Part shown: positions 24,001-37,690 of the stretch, one piece after another | Layout: the number at the start of each line of letters is the position of its first letter | How positions within the stretch are numbered: position 1 is the stretch's first letter | Assembly: GCA_030704615.1 (NCBI GenBank) | Contig: CM060733.1 | Span: 4,774,001-4,838,000 of the forward strand | DNA length: 64,000 nt | DNA from: Takakia lepidozioides | Lineage: Eukaryota > Plantae > Bryophyta | Direction: 5' to 3' | The notes under the pieces: model-generated | What the model saw: the letters and a program-made list of their open reading frames with translations, nothing else | The model's database searches: none | What the model was told of the DNA's origin: nothing | Position numbers and translations under genes: made by a program

Positions 24001-27000
24001 ATTTAAAAAGAGCAAATACTTTGGATCAGTGTGTGGACATTGATCTGGTGGTGGTCATTTCGTGATGCACTTTCTGGAATCTTATGTTGATCATATGTCC
24101 GCTTCACAGGAGGATTTGAGCAAAGAGCGGTTGAAAGTAGCTGCATTCTGGGATAAGGTACATTTCCAACTATGTAAATCCCTGCACTGTTTGGTAAGGA
24201 GGGCTTTCATCCCCAGCATACTAGACATAGATCTGTGCCTTCCTAGATACCAAAAAACCATCCATTGTTGCTAGTGATTTTCACAGCCTTTGTGCACCTC
24301 TGTACTCTCCCTCTCTTGCATACTCTCTATTTCATCCCCAGCTTGCTAGACATAGATTGGTGACGTCTTCCTACCTGAAAGACACCCATTGTTTCAAGTG
24401 CTTTCCTTTCCTCTCTCTTTCATGCCTTTGGCTATTTTCTTTTCATTTAGACTAGAATATAGTCGCAGCCATTTTGTAAGCTGAAGAAGATGTTGTGAAC
24501 AGTTTTTTCCTTGATGTGTTGCAGTTGACTCCAGAAGAAGCCAAACATATTGTGTCTTCGAAGAACTTTGAATTAGAGGTATGCTAGCCTGCAATTATCA
24601 TTTCTGATTTGGTTTAGTTGTTTGGATGTCTGACAAATGCGCAACTTTCTTTGTCAAGGCCCTCCCTAATAATTTGTTGTTGAACCCAGAAAGATGTAAA
24701 CACCAAGGTGAGTGAAAGCTAAAACTGTCATTGACTACATTCACTTGAACTTGATTTCAAGACTGGCAAAGGCATCAAGAGAAATGTGAGAATTTAAGGT
24801 TGCTATCCATGAAGCTCTTTCAGAGCCAATTTGTTCGTGGCATTTTAGGTCTGACAAAGGAACTGATACTGATATGAGAAGTGGTTCTTTCACTTTATGT
24901 AGCTGAACAAGTTAACTGGTGCATAGCTGTTCTTCAGAGATTGTGCCAGTTTATCAACTACAGAGGATATTCAGAAAGTACTGCAGCAGGTGACATTTTG
25001 ATCACTACCTTTGCAGGAGCTCTCTGGAGAATCAGCTGTGAGAACCTTGTCTGCTTTCATGGGCCAGGCCAGCTCAAATTCTCTGCCAACTGCATATATC
25101 AAAGCCGGGCAAGATCTGCTTGTAAGTGAACTAAAACCCTGTGGGGTGTAGTTTAGAGCATTTAACCCTTTATTGGATGGTTTGATTAGAAAGTCTTGAA
25201 GGAGTTTGTGCAGGGTTTAGACTTCTTAGGTATGCAAAAACCCTCTGTCGATTCTTCTTTGTGGCTCAGCGTGAGAGGGTTTACATCACATTTACATCAT
25301 TTGATGTGGGAAGTCTTTTCTTTTTCTTGCAGAAGTACCAAGAGAGAATAGGAGACCGTAGGACATGAGATAGAGAATGGGAAGGAAAAAAGGTAGGGTG
25401 GATTTTGTGAGTCTTCTTGGTTGAGCAGCCATTAAAGTACCCCACAATTGTGCGACGCAAATGTTTGTTTATGGGATTTTGCAGGACATTGTTGACAATA
25501 GAGGAGGGATGGTCTCTCTGCCTTCCGACCAATTGCTCAGTGTGCTGGATGAGGCGAGTGAGAAAACCTTTCTGTGTGGAGGAACATCTCTTGCAGTACA
25601 AAAGTATGTGTATCAAGGAGATGCAGGCAAAACTGGTCTTGAAGAGAAGAACTTGGTCGCCTCTCTGGGTTTTCTCGTTGAGCAAACTCTGGTAAGCTTT
25701 TCCAAATCTGAGTATGCTAGTAGGATGCACTCTGCTGAAGTTAATGGAAAGAGCAAACAAGTACTTGATGAGGTTTGGATGCTTGATATAGAAGATGTAA
25801 ATGTTCAATCAGCTCGGTGCCTGGCTTGCTGATTGTGTAGTATGGGGTTGGTTTGATAGGTGAAGGCTTGGATGGCTGATAAGGACGCCGAAGCTTTGCG
25901 GTGTCATCAAGCACTCGTGAAAGAAGAAGAGGCTGCACAAATAAAGTAAGGGACACACCAGGATTTGACCAAGTGTTTTGCACTGTGAAGCTGCTCTATT
26001 CTTGTGAAGTGCCATTTAATTTGGGATTGGCTCACTTCTTTTATGTTGTTTACACGCAGACGAGAGAAGCAGTTGTTTAAGAAGAAAAAGAAGAAATCAA
26101 GGCAAAAGGGATTAAAGGAGCGCAAGGGGAGTTCTTCCCAATTGGCTCTGCAAGAGCTGGAAAATGAGTCTGTAGACGAGGAAGGTCCTTCTCCAGAAAT
26201 TGTTGATGAAGATAATTCTCCTACTGCTAGTTCTGCATCTCTTGGTTCGTCCGCGCATGATCCTCATCTGCCAGAACCCCTGGAAATAGAGATAGGTGAA
26301 CAGGTTGGGCAGGTGGAGGGGATAGATGAGGTGATTGCAGAGGAGGGAGATCATGTGCTCTTATCTTCCACATCAAAGGCCAAAGAAGAAGCCGAGTCTC
26401 CAGATTCTGAGAAAGTGCTACATTCAGGTGATCAACAGGCACATAGTCACCAGAATGATGCTGAGACAGGTTTGCGAACACTTTGTATAGAAAGCTTGCC
26501 TCCCAAGCCAGAGAATGAGGAGGAAGAGAGAGTGGAACAGAGTGCACATGAATTTGTCTCAAATGATGAAGAGGAGGCTGAAGTCTCTCAGGCCTCAGAC
26601 CAAGACCAGACTGGTAATGATACTGGTTCCAGTGGTCACAAGGGTGAGCAGGAAATTTCAAGTTTAGAGTCTAGGAGACGGGAAACTGAGCGCAAGAGTG
26701 GAAAAGGAATGAAGGAGAGAACAAGGGTCGACTACGTGGAGTCCTCCATTTTTCAAAGGCCTGGAAGGGATTCCAGAGGCATTGAGTCTAGGTTTTCGGA
26801 AGCCTCTCAGCAATTTGGCTTTAAGCCATCACGAAAGTCCACAAGCATCCCATCATATGCACCAAAAGTTGATACTGGGATGAACCTTGTGTCTGGCTTT
26901 TCCACATCACAGCATTATCGAAGTAAGCCTGTAGGGATGAGTAGACCTGCTCCTTTGGCAGGCGGTACACATGTTGTTTGGACCAGAAAACAGCCAGCTG

Positions 27001-29386
27001 CTGCAGCAGACCCTGCCAAGGATAGAAAGGATGATGAGAGTCTCAAGACAGACCTTGCTGCAATCAAGAGTAGTGTTTGGGAGGCCAAAGAGCCTCCAGC
27101 TGCAGCCTCACTTGTAACCCAAGATGCAGATGTAGACTCAGTACCTAGCATCGGTAAGGCAGACAAAGAGGAGAAGAGAGATGCTGTTGTTGTTCCAGTA
27201 TCTCCTGGAGTAGTACTTGGAGGTGTTTGCAACTTGGCCACCTTACCTTCAAGCTCATTTAGATTGGATGTTAATCCAGATGACTGGCCCCGTCTCCCAC
27301 AGAGGTCTGGCATGAATTCCCTCTATGGTCCTAAGTCTATGATTTCATCAGTTTTGGTTGCTACCACAGCTGACCGAGATGCCTCAAACCAAATGGCTCT
27401 TGTTGGACCTTCACCAGGTGTCCCAGGCAAAGCAAATGATGCAACCTCCGTTGCTGGCCCTGGGGAGGATATGAGGTTGGAAGGAGGAAGCCTAGGCATA
27501 TGTCCACCCTCTGCAGTGGAAATATTAGAGCAAGAGCAGGCTGAAGGGGTTTGTTCGAGTCGGGAAGTTCTGGTTGGGTCTTTAAGTGTGCCTCTTGGTA
27601 GATTTGCTATGCAACCTAGGATTGGATTGCCAACTAGTATGGCAAGGTCTCCCCTTCCATTTGTGCAACTTGGCAATCCTTCCTACACAGCTGTACTTGC
27701 AGCGCCTGTTACTGAGAAGCATGGCATGTTGGCAAATGCATCAGATGGTGTGGAACAGCAAGTACATGAGAGCACTGGTGGTTTGGAAGCTGCAGAGATA
27801 TGGGACAAGCAGCCAAAAGAAGCATTTACAGGCCAGCCTAGAGGATCTGCACCTAGACCTCACCCTCTTTTGAGTCTTGGCTCCAAGCATCTCAAATCTG
27901 GCATGGCTGGGGAACGAGGACTGCTAAAACAGGGATCCTGGCCAAGTAGTGCTAGATACTCACCTGCGAAAGTGTGGCGACCTGTTCGCTCCACCGGAGA
28001 GCCTTCAGACCTGTTCTTAGTAGGGGTACCTAGCAATGAAAGTGGTCTTACTGGGGGTGAGGGCAGAGGGGCAGAGGAGGCTGCCAGTACAGGGCTGGCA
28101 GTTGTTAGTGTTAGGAGTCTAAGATTAGTTGCTGAGAGAGGTGATATTGTGCAGCTTGGAGAGTCAGAGAGTAGTTGTCCACGAGCTTGTACCAGTGGGG
28201 ACACAGGGGGTGTTGGGCTTAACCAAGATTGGCGTTCTAGCTCTGTGGAGCAGGAGGCGGCTCATAATGGTCAGGATGCCTTTTATACGGAAGGTAATGT
28301 AGTGGCCTCTAGTGGTGCAGCTTCTGACTGTAAAGACACGGATGGGCATGTGCCAAATGCTTCAGATGAGGACGACATGAAAATCACTGACACAAGTCAG
28401 GGGTACGTGGGAAACGAATTTGGAAAGGCAGTGGTGGAGTTAGCCTCAGGCCTTGCAGTTTGGGCTGCAGATGCACGTGAGTGGCATCGCAAAAGTAAGT
28501 GGTCAATCTTCACCTACAATGATGAGCCCTATAAAGTTTGCAAACTGATTGTAGTCAAGAACAGGTCAATGTTCTGCTAACGCCAACAGTATGACTGATG
28601 CATTGCTGATGTGTAGGATTGGTCACAGGTTAGTGGCAGTAGTTTGGAATACTTGCAATTCACCCGTGGGAGCAAATTCTATTGCACATGGGTGAAAACC
28701 AGACTCCAGCAATGATGTCAGCTTGTATGCCGCCAGGATGAGCATGGTGCACCCGTTACAAATGACCATTCTGCTTATGAAGTTCTGTTTTATAATTGCG
28801 TGCAGGATGGGAGGAAGCGATGGCAGACCAGGACATAGTGTATTATGCAGGAAATGAGGAGGGTCCCGAAGTGGAGTCTGCAAGATGGAACGAGTTTTTG
28901 GCAAGTCAAGCATCTGTAGGTTCAGTGCCGACCCATGAGGCCACTAGTCAAGCCCAGCATGGGACTGCAATGTTAAGTAGGATTTTCAGTGATTCAGAGC
29001 AAACTGAGGTTGGGGTTGGAAGACCTCAGGGTGGCTCCATGGATGAATTAAGGCTAGATGCTCCTGACAGTGGGCATGAGAGTAGTGGGGGCATGCAAGC
29101 ACTGTCCAGTGAGGAGGACACTTTTCGGGACACGTCACCCTCACCTCTTAGTGAGAGCGAGCACTACCTCAGTGGGGGCGAGACAGGACGGAGCTACACA
29201 CCAGCTGCCGGGTCTGTAAGCAGGACGCATGGGTGGGAGAGGCGTGGGGACAATAGCATGCGTGTTGGGCCCAGGGCTGGCAGCAGCAATAGTCGGCAGG
29301 AACGTTGGCAACATAACTCCAGGGAAAGGCTTCCTGAGCAACGTTATATGCCCAGGCAGCGGGGTCCTGCAGAGAAAAACTGCTGA
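21078..29386 (+). CDS. Large plant C2H2 zinc-finger protein (LPGWPLLSP / CDKCSREFCSPxNHRRH family) with long disordered acidic regions
   Basis: Exons ~21078-21921, ~22038-2209x (junction unresolved), ~22174-23252, 23729-23865 (CDKC..H..H), 24110-24157, 24525-24578, 25017-25121, 25485-25691, 25860-25945, 26060-28494, 28806-29386. Conserved-looking blocks MVAFAQAAA, LDEASEKTFLCG and KAWMADKDAEALRC. Probable non-coding leader exons at ~17760-18xxx, 19771-19865 and 20773-20851. Confidence 0.8.
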
Positions 29387-30281
29387 TCCAGCAATTTTTG
29401 CTAAGTTAGGTTTCGGGGGTTTTTTGTTGGCACCCGGTGAGGCTGTGATTTAGGGTCGGAAAATGGTGGGCAGGTGAGAGAATGAAAGTGAGAGTAAGCC
29501 CTGATTCTTTGTATGGGCATTGCCATTGCAATGGCCCATCTGATCTTCAACAACTTTACAAATTACAGTATATTGGTTCGAGTTTGTACTCCAGGTGGGT
29601 CAACCTCAAATTCATGCAATCATACCCTTTAAGGTTGACCTACTAAGAGGACCACTAGTTTGTAGCTCTTGGCTAACTCAAGCACCTTAGTGATGGGAGT
29701 GCCTTGGCAGGCTGCCTTCTGTCTCAGATGTTGATGAGTTCGGGGCTCCAAACGGTAGCCAAACAGTGGGCCAAAGATGTAGTGATGTTAGATTTTGCTT
29801 ATACTTTAGGCAGTGGCGGCTTGTACAAATATGAGAGCGGCAATAGTAGGTTCATTTTGTCATGTATTATGTATGAGGGCTTGTGCTCGTTGGTAACAGC
29901 AACAAGTTGGGTTTCATTGCTGTGGTGCAGTAACTTACATTTTCATCTTGATTATAAGAGGGATATGTTATAGAGGTGTACGGTCTTGAAAGAGTGAAAG
30001 CAAAAGTACCTGGTCTACTGTAAAGTGTGGTCTAGTGTAAAGTGTCGGCCATACCCCTTGTCACTGGACATGACATGTATCGAATGGCGTGAGCACAGCT
30101 CGAGCAGGGAAAAAAAAACCGTGTGAGCAGGATCCACTGTTAGGGGGGTGATAGGGTAATATGTATGCCAACTGAAATATGTATAATAGATGGATATAGG
30201 GTATTTTTGGGTTAATAGGGTCTACATTGTGTATAAATATAGCTTTAACCATACAGAAGGAGCTTGAAAGCGAGAAACCTA

Positions 30282-30311
30282 AATAATGATAATAATAATA
30301 ATAATAATAAT
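30282..30311. repeat. (AAT)n microsatellite
   Basis: Directly visible. Confidence 0.9.
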
Positions 30312-31599
30312 CCAATTTCACTGACGAAACCAAAGTTTTGCTGGCGAAACCCATTTGTTTGGGTGGTTCTTGGGGATGTTTTTCATACCATGTTTACCAA
30401 ATACCACACTGTTTACGTTCACTGACCTTTGAGTTCTGGTAGATATATTTGTGGATGTTGTGCTAACGTGAGTTAAGCTTTGGACGATTAGTTTTGTAAG
30501 TTTTGTCACGTAAGCATAGTTTCCAGATAGTTTCGTATTTATTTTTCGCGTGAGCACATTTTAGTTTTGTTATCGCATATTCTCCGGATTCTTGGGGAAT
30601 ATGCGGAATACGCCTCTCTACTCACGCTAGCATGAGTGTGCTCACACGTTACCCAACCTCCACATATCTACAATTTGATTGGTGCCCTAATAATGTTGAA
30701 CTGGCCTCCTTTTGAAAGCCTTGAGAAGAATTTTGGATGTTCCCAAAGGCAGTAGTACAACACGCTCACGTCGAGCGTTTTGTTTCTTTTGAAAGAAATG
30801 TGTGTAGGATAAGTTGGCCTATGGCTGAACAGTCTATGACCAAACATCCATAAATTCCGTCAGTGCCTATGACCATGCGGTGGCTCCGAGACTGTCCATT
30901 ATTGCCACTTGGCAAACAATTATTTGATAGAACCCCAAAAAGTGTGATTAGTCAGGTGCACACAAGCATTTTGATTCGTTCGACTTTGAAACCCTATAAC
31001 TTTGTGAATAAATCGTGAAATCAAATAGTTCCAAGTGTGTGGGTTGTCCCATACGAGGGACACTTACAAATTTTATCGGGGGTAGAAACGACAATAATTC
31101 ACAGTTGGATTTTTCACCATCCTTATTTGAACGGGCATAGGCCAACATACCCTAGTGTGAGTGGCTTTTGGATACATGGTGGCAGATTTTATTGGCCCTA
31201 TGCAAAGGGTCCATGAGTATCACTAGGAAATTTTCACGGAATCATTCAGTGTTTGACAATGTAAATAAATTAAATATTTAGAATGAATGGATAAAATATG
31301 AATTAATAGAAGAATTTGGTACATGTTTGACACGTAGATAATTTATTGAGACACTTTGCTTTTTAGTGGCGATATCGAAGTAATGCACCTTGTCGCTTAG
31401 TGACCTAACATTGACAAATTTGGCACTCCTAATATTGACATATTTGCTTATCAAAACGTGTGTGCTACGAGCGGGAGCCGAAGGTAGGCTTTGTATGTAC
31501 TTCCATGCATTTGTTGGAACAATTAGGAAATGAGCAGTAGCTGAGCTCCTGTCATAGGTTCTGCAAACAACTTGTTGGCTTGGAGGATGACATGGCCGC

Positions 31600-32140
31600 A
31601 CTCTCTTACTTCAAGTTGAATAGCTCCTTGTTAAAAGTCCCCTCCTGCTAATCTGCTTGGTGATCATCTGCTGTCGTGGATGTTACTTCCCCCACTCTTT
31701 GTTTCTTTCAAAAACTACAAGTCTGTAGGAAGCTTAGCCAAACCCTCTCCAGAGATCTGGCCTTTCAGCGAAAACAGAATGAAGCTCGTCTTACTAAGTG
31801 TATTTTGGTATGCCAGAAGAGGCTAGAAGCTGGTTTCCTAGATCCTTTTACGGAACATTCCTTGCATCAAGCGAAATGTAATCTTAGATCTCTTCTCAAG
31901 TTCAAATCTGAATCCATGCGCATCCATGCAGGGATTAGCTGGTCTCTTCACGGGAAAAAGATGGACAAATATTTTTTTGTCAAGGCAAAGCATAGAAGGG
32001 GTGGTCAAGCCATCCCCTCAATCCTATGCCAAGACGAATCTACGACTTCCTCCCCTAGGCTGATTGCCAAGGAAGCCTCTCGTTATTTCTCCTCTGTTTT
32101 TTTTGCTCTTCTCCTTAGGAGCTCCTGGATAGAGAATTAA
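31600..32140 (+). mobile_element. Degenerate LINE (L1/Tx1-like) ORF2 fragment, linker between endonuclease and RT
   Basis: W..GKKMDKYFF.KAK.R....I..I......T..P..IA.EA..YF..VF pattern typical of the pre-RT region of L1-clade ORF2. Confidence 0.5.
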
Positions 32141-32229
32141 TCATAAATTGTGTCCCTTCTAAAGTTTCCAGAGCTGACGCTATCAGGCTTGATGCTAGGC
32201 TTACACACACAGAGCTCACCCGAGCAATG

Positions 32230-34151
32230 GAACTTGCCGAACACCTGGCCGATATCCCCTCCACATATAGTGGCATACCTCAATGTGTCTCGGTGTTGGG
32301 CAATAGCAAAATTCTCAAAAGCCATAGCATGACTCTCTTGAACAACTCTACCCGTTGGGCACATGCTTGTGTCCACACATCCGGATCATCGAGGTTGAGG
32401 AATACTGCAGCCTCCCTGCGAATAAATGCAGGCAAATCCGGTTCTCGGCCAAAGAGAAGGAAATATGGTGAGAATGAGGCAAGTGATGCTTGCTTGCTAA
32501 ACCTGTAGCCCATGGCTAACCAAGGTACCTGAAGATGTCCCTTTTGCAAACCATACTTGCGCAAACCTCTTTTCACTGTCTGAACCACTCTCTCTATCAA
32601 GCCATCGGCCTCAGGATGGTCCCGAGAAGTGGTACGGTGGTCTATCAAGGCTTTATCACACAAAGCCTGAAACTCCCCCAAGAACTTTCTCCCTTGGTCC
32701 GTGAGTACCTCAGCTGGAGCACCGAATCGGCTAAGACACGATCCAGGAATGCATACGCAAGCCCCATCAGTAGCCTTGTCAGGCAATGGAACCAACTCAA
32801 TCCACTTGGAGAAGTGCTCCACCATCACTAACTCATATCTGTGGTGGCACATCGTCAGTGGCAACGGCCCTGCGAAGTCAAGACTTCACCTGTAGCCCAA
32901 TCCCATGATAGGTAAAGGATGCAACTGTGGTGTAGGGGCGTTGAATGAAGCACGTACCCTATCACACACCATGCACCTAGCCACAAACTGTTGCACCTCT
33001 GTGTGCATACCACGCCACCAATACTGCCCCTGTAGTAAACTATGAGTGCGTCGCATTCCAAAATGCCCCAACTCCTCATGGGCATGCCGCACTAACCGTG
33101 CACGTTGTGTTGGGTGAGGCACGATCCTCACCCGACCATCCTCCCACACTCGAAGCAGGTATATCCCCTCCCACTTGAAGCTTTTGGCTCGTTGCAGGAT
33201 CCGATCCATCTCCTTGACAATCACACTAGCTGTCATGTCTCCAGTGCGGAGGTAGTCCAACACAACCGGATCCTCATCTATATCTCTGGCACTACCTGGC
33301 TCATCACTAGCCTCGGGGTCCTCAGACACTCCGTCTACAGTCATCCCTGTTGTAGGTCCAACATGACCTCCCGATGTCAAGATACACAAAAAGACATATG
33401 TATGTCATCCCGACACCATCTCTTCGTCCGTCTCACCATGCCACCGAGCTCTAGTATCATCCTGCTGGCTCGTGCATGGATTGCGACTCAATCCATCCGC
33501 ATCCCTATTGACCAAACCCGGTCGATGCACAATTTGAACATGTCTCTCATGCTCCTCCACCGTAGCACGAGAGGCAAAACAATTCATGTAAGCCCTCAGG
33601 AACCGCCGTATACGTCGTCTCTCTCCTCCAGTGACAATGGGTCCAATGTCAGGCTCCCAATTGTCCTCCGTAACGCAACCTTAAGTCCAGCAAACTTAGA
33701 AGTAGGAGACGCGTCCCGTGGTTGTTATGCCGCAATCTCATGAGCAGTACTCCCTGCCTGCTTAGTCAATGACAATGCCCCATCATCTCATCATTGAGGA
33801 CCTCCTCGACCCGAGAAGAATCCCCAACCTCATCCATCACAGCCGCCTTGGCTGCCAACTCCCTCTAAACCTCGAGCATCTCCCACGTGTGCAATGGATG
33901 TTTACACCCCATAGTCCTCACCGGCTCGTCCCCACTCATTGACTGTACCGTCCCGGTAGGCAGAGAGACTGTAAAGGGAAGTGCACTCCGCATTCTACGT
34001 TGCTCAGCCTTAGCCAAGCTGATAATCCAGGTCAAGCAATTGAGATCCATCGCTTGCCCCAACACCTGACGACGTGATGCCTCAGAAAGAGGAGGCACAG
34101 CCGTGGTCCCAGTGGAAAAACCTATAGCCCGCTCTCGCTCGTCGGCATTAG
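32230..34151 (-). mobile_element. Inverted, internally deleted copy of the DNMT-bearing Gypsy element (DNMT C-terminus, linker, integrase)
   Basis: Nucleotide-level match to ~46523-49720 on the opposite strand (ERAIGFSTGTT..RRQVLGQAMDL; HEELGHFG..CMVC; EHFSKW; LTDQG; ERVVQTVK). RT and RNase H are removed by two deletions near 33530-33575. Confidence 0.92.
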
Positions 34152-35361
34152 AGGGGGCGTACAAGGCGAAGGTGCTGAAGTTTCGTTTCGAAGGTGGATC
34201 CACAGTGGTATCCAAAATCTGTGTTCAACATGCTTACATACAACGGCAACTCGATTTGCCTCCAGATGCAGCTTTCAGCAGAGGCACTTGCAATTGTAAG
34301 TTGTCTAAGATCCTCATAAGTTCACTATCAAGTTCACATTGTATTGTGCACAGTGGAACAGCTATATGATGAGGGTGGGGTTTTATTGCAGACCTATACA
34401 TTTCCACCTTTGAAGATTGGATTGATCCGAAGAGTATAATGGACGTTCTGTATGTGGTACATGCCGAAGTAGGTGAGGCATGCCATGGAAATTGAACGCA
34501 CAAGGAGCTTCTGCGTGATCATGTGTACTTCTACAATGCATTTTACACCCCACGCAATGGTAGATCCGAGTTTGGAACAGTGCAGCCGATCCCTCTTCCT
34601 GGTTTTAGTGACCCAGCTTGGCCATTACCAGATATGGCGACCAGTGAGTCTTTCATACTTAAGTTGCGGTCTGATTTCTTATCCTCTGTGAAACCCAGAA
34701 CAGGAAGCAAATCAACCCACTTACAATGGTTTATGCCAATTGGAATAATGGTAGATCTATTTTCCGTGGCCAGCAGTATCTCTAAGAGCAATACCATGTT
34801 CACTTTCAAAGAACCATGTGAGAAGCTGTTGGAATCACTGATGGATAGTGGATGGGATACAAAAATCACCATTGGAGCAGATGTCATTAGATGTGTTGTT
34901 GATCGTTCAACACTGAAATTCAGATATCACATTGGCCCTTTATACGCCACATTTCAATTCAATCGGCAACGCATGATATCCAAAAACAAATGGGAGACGA
35001 TGGATCAGGTTCAGTCTGTGGAGATGGTCAGCTTATGTTGTGAATATGAAGCAAGACAACAAGAAATTGAGGTTGGGCGACAGTGGTCAATGTCAAGCAT
35101 TCGACATGAGATTGCGATTGCTTTTGGATCAGACATTCCTGAGGACTTCACGATCTTGGTGGATGAGGATGGGATCAAGTCCAAAAAGGTATGTGGAATT
35201 TGGTATGTGAAATCATGGTTATCCATTCACAGCTTCAAATGTTATGACAGCTTCTAACAAAATTACTTGTTTCTTGTTGACAGGTAAACATTAGAAATGA
35301 GAAGAAGTACACAGCTGCCGATGTGCTGCCTCCGAAATGACTACGACTTGTGGCAAATTAA
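34152..35361 (+). pseudogene. 5'-truncated spliced gene with a BAH-like domain and a C-terminal ubiquitin-like region
   Basis: Exons 34152-34295, 34392-35188, 35284-35361 (GT-AG, in phase) and two in-frame TGA codons. YKAKVL..VQHAY..L..YLYISTFEDWIDPKSIMDVLYVV..YFYNAFY resembles the BAH pattern; the C-terminus EIEVGRQWSMSSIRHEIAIAFG..F.ILV resembles a beta-grasp fold. Confidence 0.5.
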
Positions 35362-35942
35362 TCCTGATGTGTAGCCTTAGAGTTAGGGTTAGTCCGTGGG
35401 CCACAAGATAATGGTGACATCTATAACATTTGGTGACATTTAGTCTTGGAGTTAGGGCTGTGGAGCATTAGGATAACATTAGGTGACATTTTAGATGATA
35501 TTTTAACCTTTGTTATGTGAATAGTACGATGTTTGTTGGTTGAGAGTTAGGGCTATGGAGCATTAGGATAACATTATGTGACATTTTAACCTTTGTTATG
35601 TAAATAGTATGATGTTTTGAACCCTAGACCTTGTGGCTCAGTGGGACAACCATAGAGAAGGGGGTATGACCAAAAATATTACCTTTGTTGAGAGAATTAA
35701 TATTTAGAATTCGAACGCAGGACCTTGTGTTTGGTATAGCGTTGAGGGACGCCATGGTAACCAAGAATGTTGTGCCGATCCATTAACAACGTTAAGACTT
35801 TATCTGTACTTAACCAAATAAAATAAAATAAAAAGAGAAAAAAAAAATATTGATCTGGGAAAAGATTGATCTGTGCGGACTTTTAGAGAGGGAGAATGCG
35901 ATGACTCCCCCCCCCCCCCCCCCCCCTGAGCAGCAAGTCCAG

Positions 35943-36325
35943 TAGTATGTCTATGGGGCAGAGGAAGTGGCGCATGCGGCAACGGCTGCAGCTTCAGGTT
36001 CATACTAGTTAGGCTCAGTTCTACGCATCAGGAGATGAAAGGTTCTTTCAGAGCGGAGGTTCTTTCGAGCGGTATTGTCCTCATCATGCTTGGCAGGGAT
36101 CCTGGAGCATGCCGGGCCAAGTTGGGTTCCTTGTAATCACCTTAGTATGTCTGTGGGGCAGAGGAAGTGGCGCATGCGGCAACGGCTGCAGCTTCAGGTT
36201 CATACTACTTAGGCTCAGTTCTGCGCATCAGGAGATGAAAGGTTCTTTCAGAGCGAAGGTTCTTTCGAGCGGTGTTGTCCTCATCATGCTTGGCAGGGAT
36301 CCTGGAGCATGTCGGGCCAAGTTGG
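35943..36325. repeat. Near-identical ~185 bp tandem duplication after a poly-C tract (35907-35926)
   Basis: tagtatgtct(a/g)tggggcagagg...gggccaagttgg at 35943-36125 and ~36142-36325. Confidence 0.9.
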
Positions 36326-36925
36326 ATTTGAATGCGCCAATGACATGAAAGGCTGGAGTTGAGTAGTTGCATGGTTGAACATTAAAAATGTGGGTAAGGG
36401 TCACATCAAAGAAAATTGTCTCTCTAGAACCAGGGTAACAACCCTATTTTAAGTAATTCCGGACTTTTGGCTTAAATCTGGACCAAACTTAATATATAAC
36501 ATAATTAAAATTAATTCAGGTATTAATAAAAAATATCGTGGAATATTGAGTCATTTAACTTGTGATAATCCCATTCATGTAACATCAAATGGTAAGTCGA
36601 ATGACGTACTGTACATCAGAAAATTATAAAGATAAGATCGATTTGAATGAAGTTATTAATAAATTGATAGATGTATGACATAAACAGATGATTCAAGAAG
36701 ATAATATACAAATGAAAAGTAAACATCCATACCATGCTTAGATTATAGTAGTACCATGAACCAATGTATTGCAAGTTTTCAATTGATGGATTAAAACGTT
36801 GAATGGAATAAGGTTGGATTTCAATGAAACATGTGAATTATGTTTCAAAATATTTAGGGATGATTCCGATGTTCATATGACAACCAAATATTGTGGAAGA
36901 GTGTCATGTAGATTTAGCTATAAAG

Positions 36926-37690
36926 TCATTGAACCAAGCTGGAATTAGGTTTTAGGTTATAGAGTTTGCTAAGGTATATTGAAACATAGTACTTGGTATG
37001 AATGGAAAAGAAAATATGGGAAAGTGTACAGATGACTTGGCACCTATGAAAATTTGTTACTGAAATATCCCAACCACAGATTGTATCCAAATTTCTATGA
37101 GGAATGTGAATCAAACAGTGGAGTTTGGTTTAGGGTTTAGGGTTTTAGAAAACTGTAAATGGACAAACATTATGGAGTTTGAGTCTTTACCCATACGTAG
37201 AACAATTCATGAAATATTATCCCCACCACTTCGACCATACCCAAAATTGGAAGTAATAAATAAATAAGCATCAAACATTGAAATTAGGTTTTAGGGTATA
37301 GAGTTTGCGAGGGTACTAACCATAATACTTGATATGAATGGAAAAGAAAATATTGGGAAGGGTACAGATGACTTGTCACCTATGATTTAGGGTTTAGGGA
37401 ATAAAATTTCCCAACCATAGATTGTATCTAATCTATGAAGAATGCGCATCAAACAATGGAGTTACGTTTAAGGGCTTAGGGTTTAGGGTTTAGAGAACTA
37501 TAAATGGACAAACAATTATGGAATGTGAGTAAAAAAATGACAGAAATCTGGGAAAGTGTACAAGTGATTTGTCACCTAAGAAATTAGACTTGAATGAAAT
37601 AGCCCAAGGGCCATTCTATTATGCCCAACCTTGTAACCCTTGAAGAATGCGCATCAAACATTCGAATTATGTTTAGGGTATATGGTTTAA
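36926..37690. repeat. ~340 bp AT-rich tandem repeat (2-3 units) containing telomere-like TTTAGGG motifs
   Basis: aattaggttttagg..tatgaatggaaaagaaaatat..gtacagatgacttg..cacctatga..aatggacaaaca repeated; TTTAGGGTTTAGGG at ~37129, ~37386 and ~37477. Confidence 0.75.

Noticed and set aside
30088-30650. MITE bounded by CGTGAGCACA / TGTGCTCAC
   Set aside because: Short inverted motifs occur several times and I could not define termini or a TSD.
37120-37495. True telomere or chromosome fusion site
   Set aside because: Only 2-3 consecutive TTTAGGG units embedded in larger repeats.
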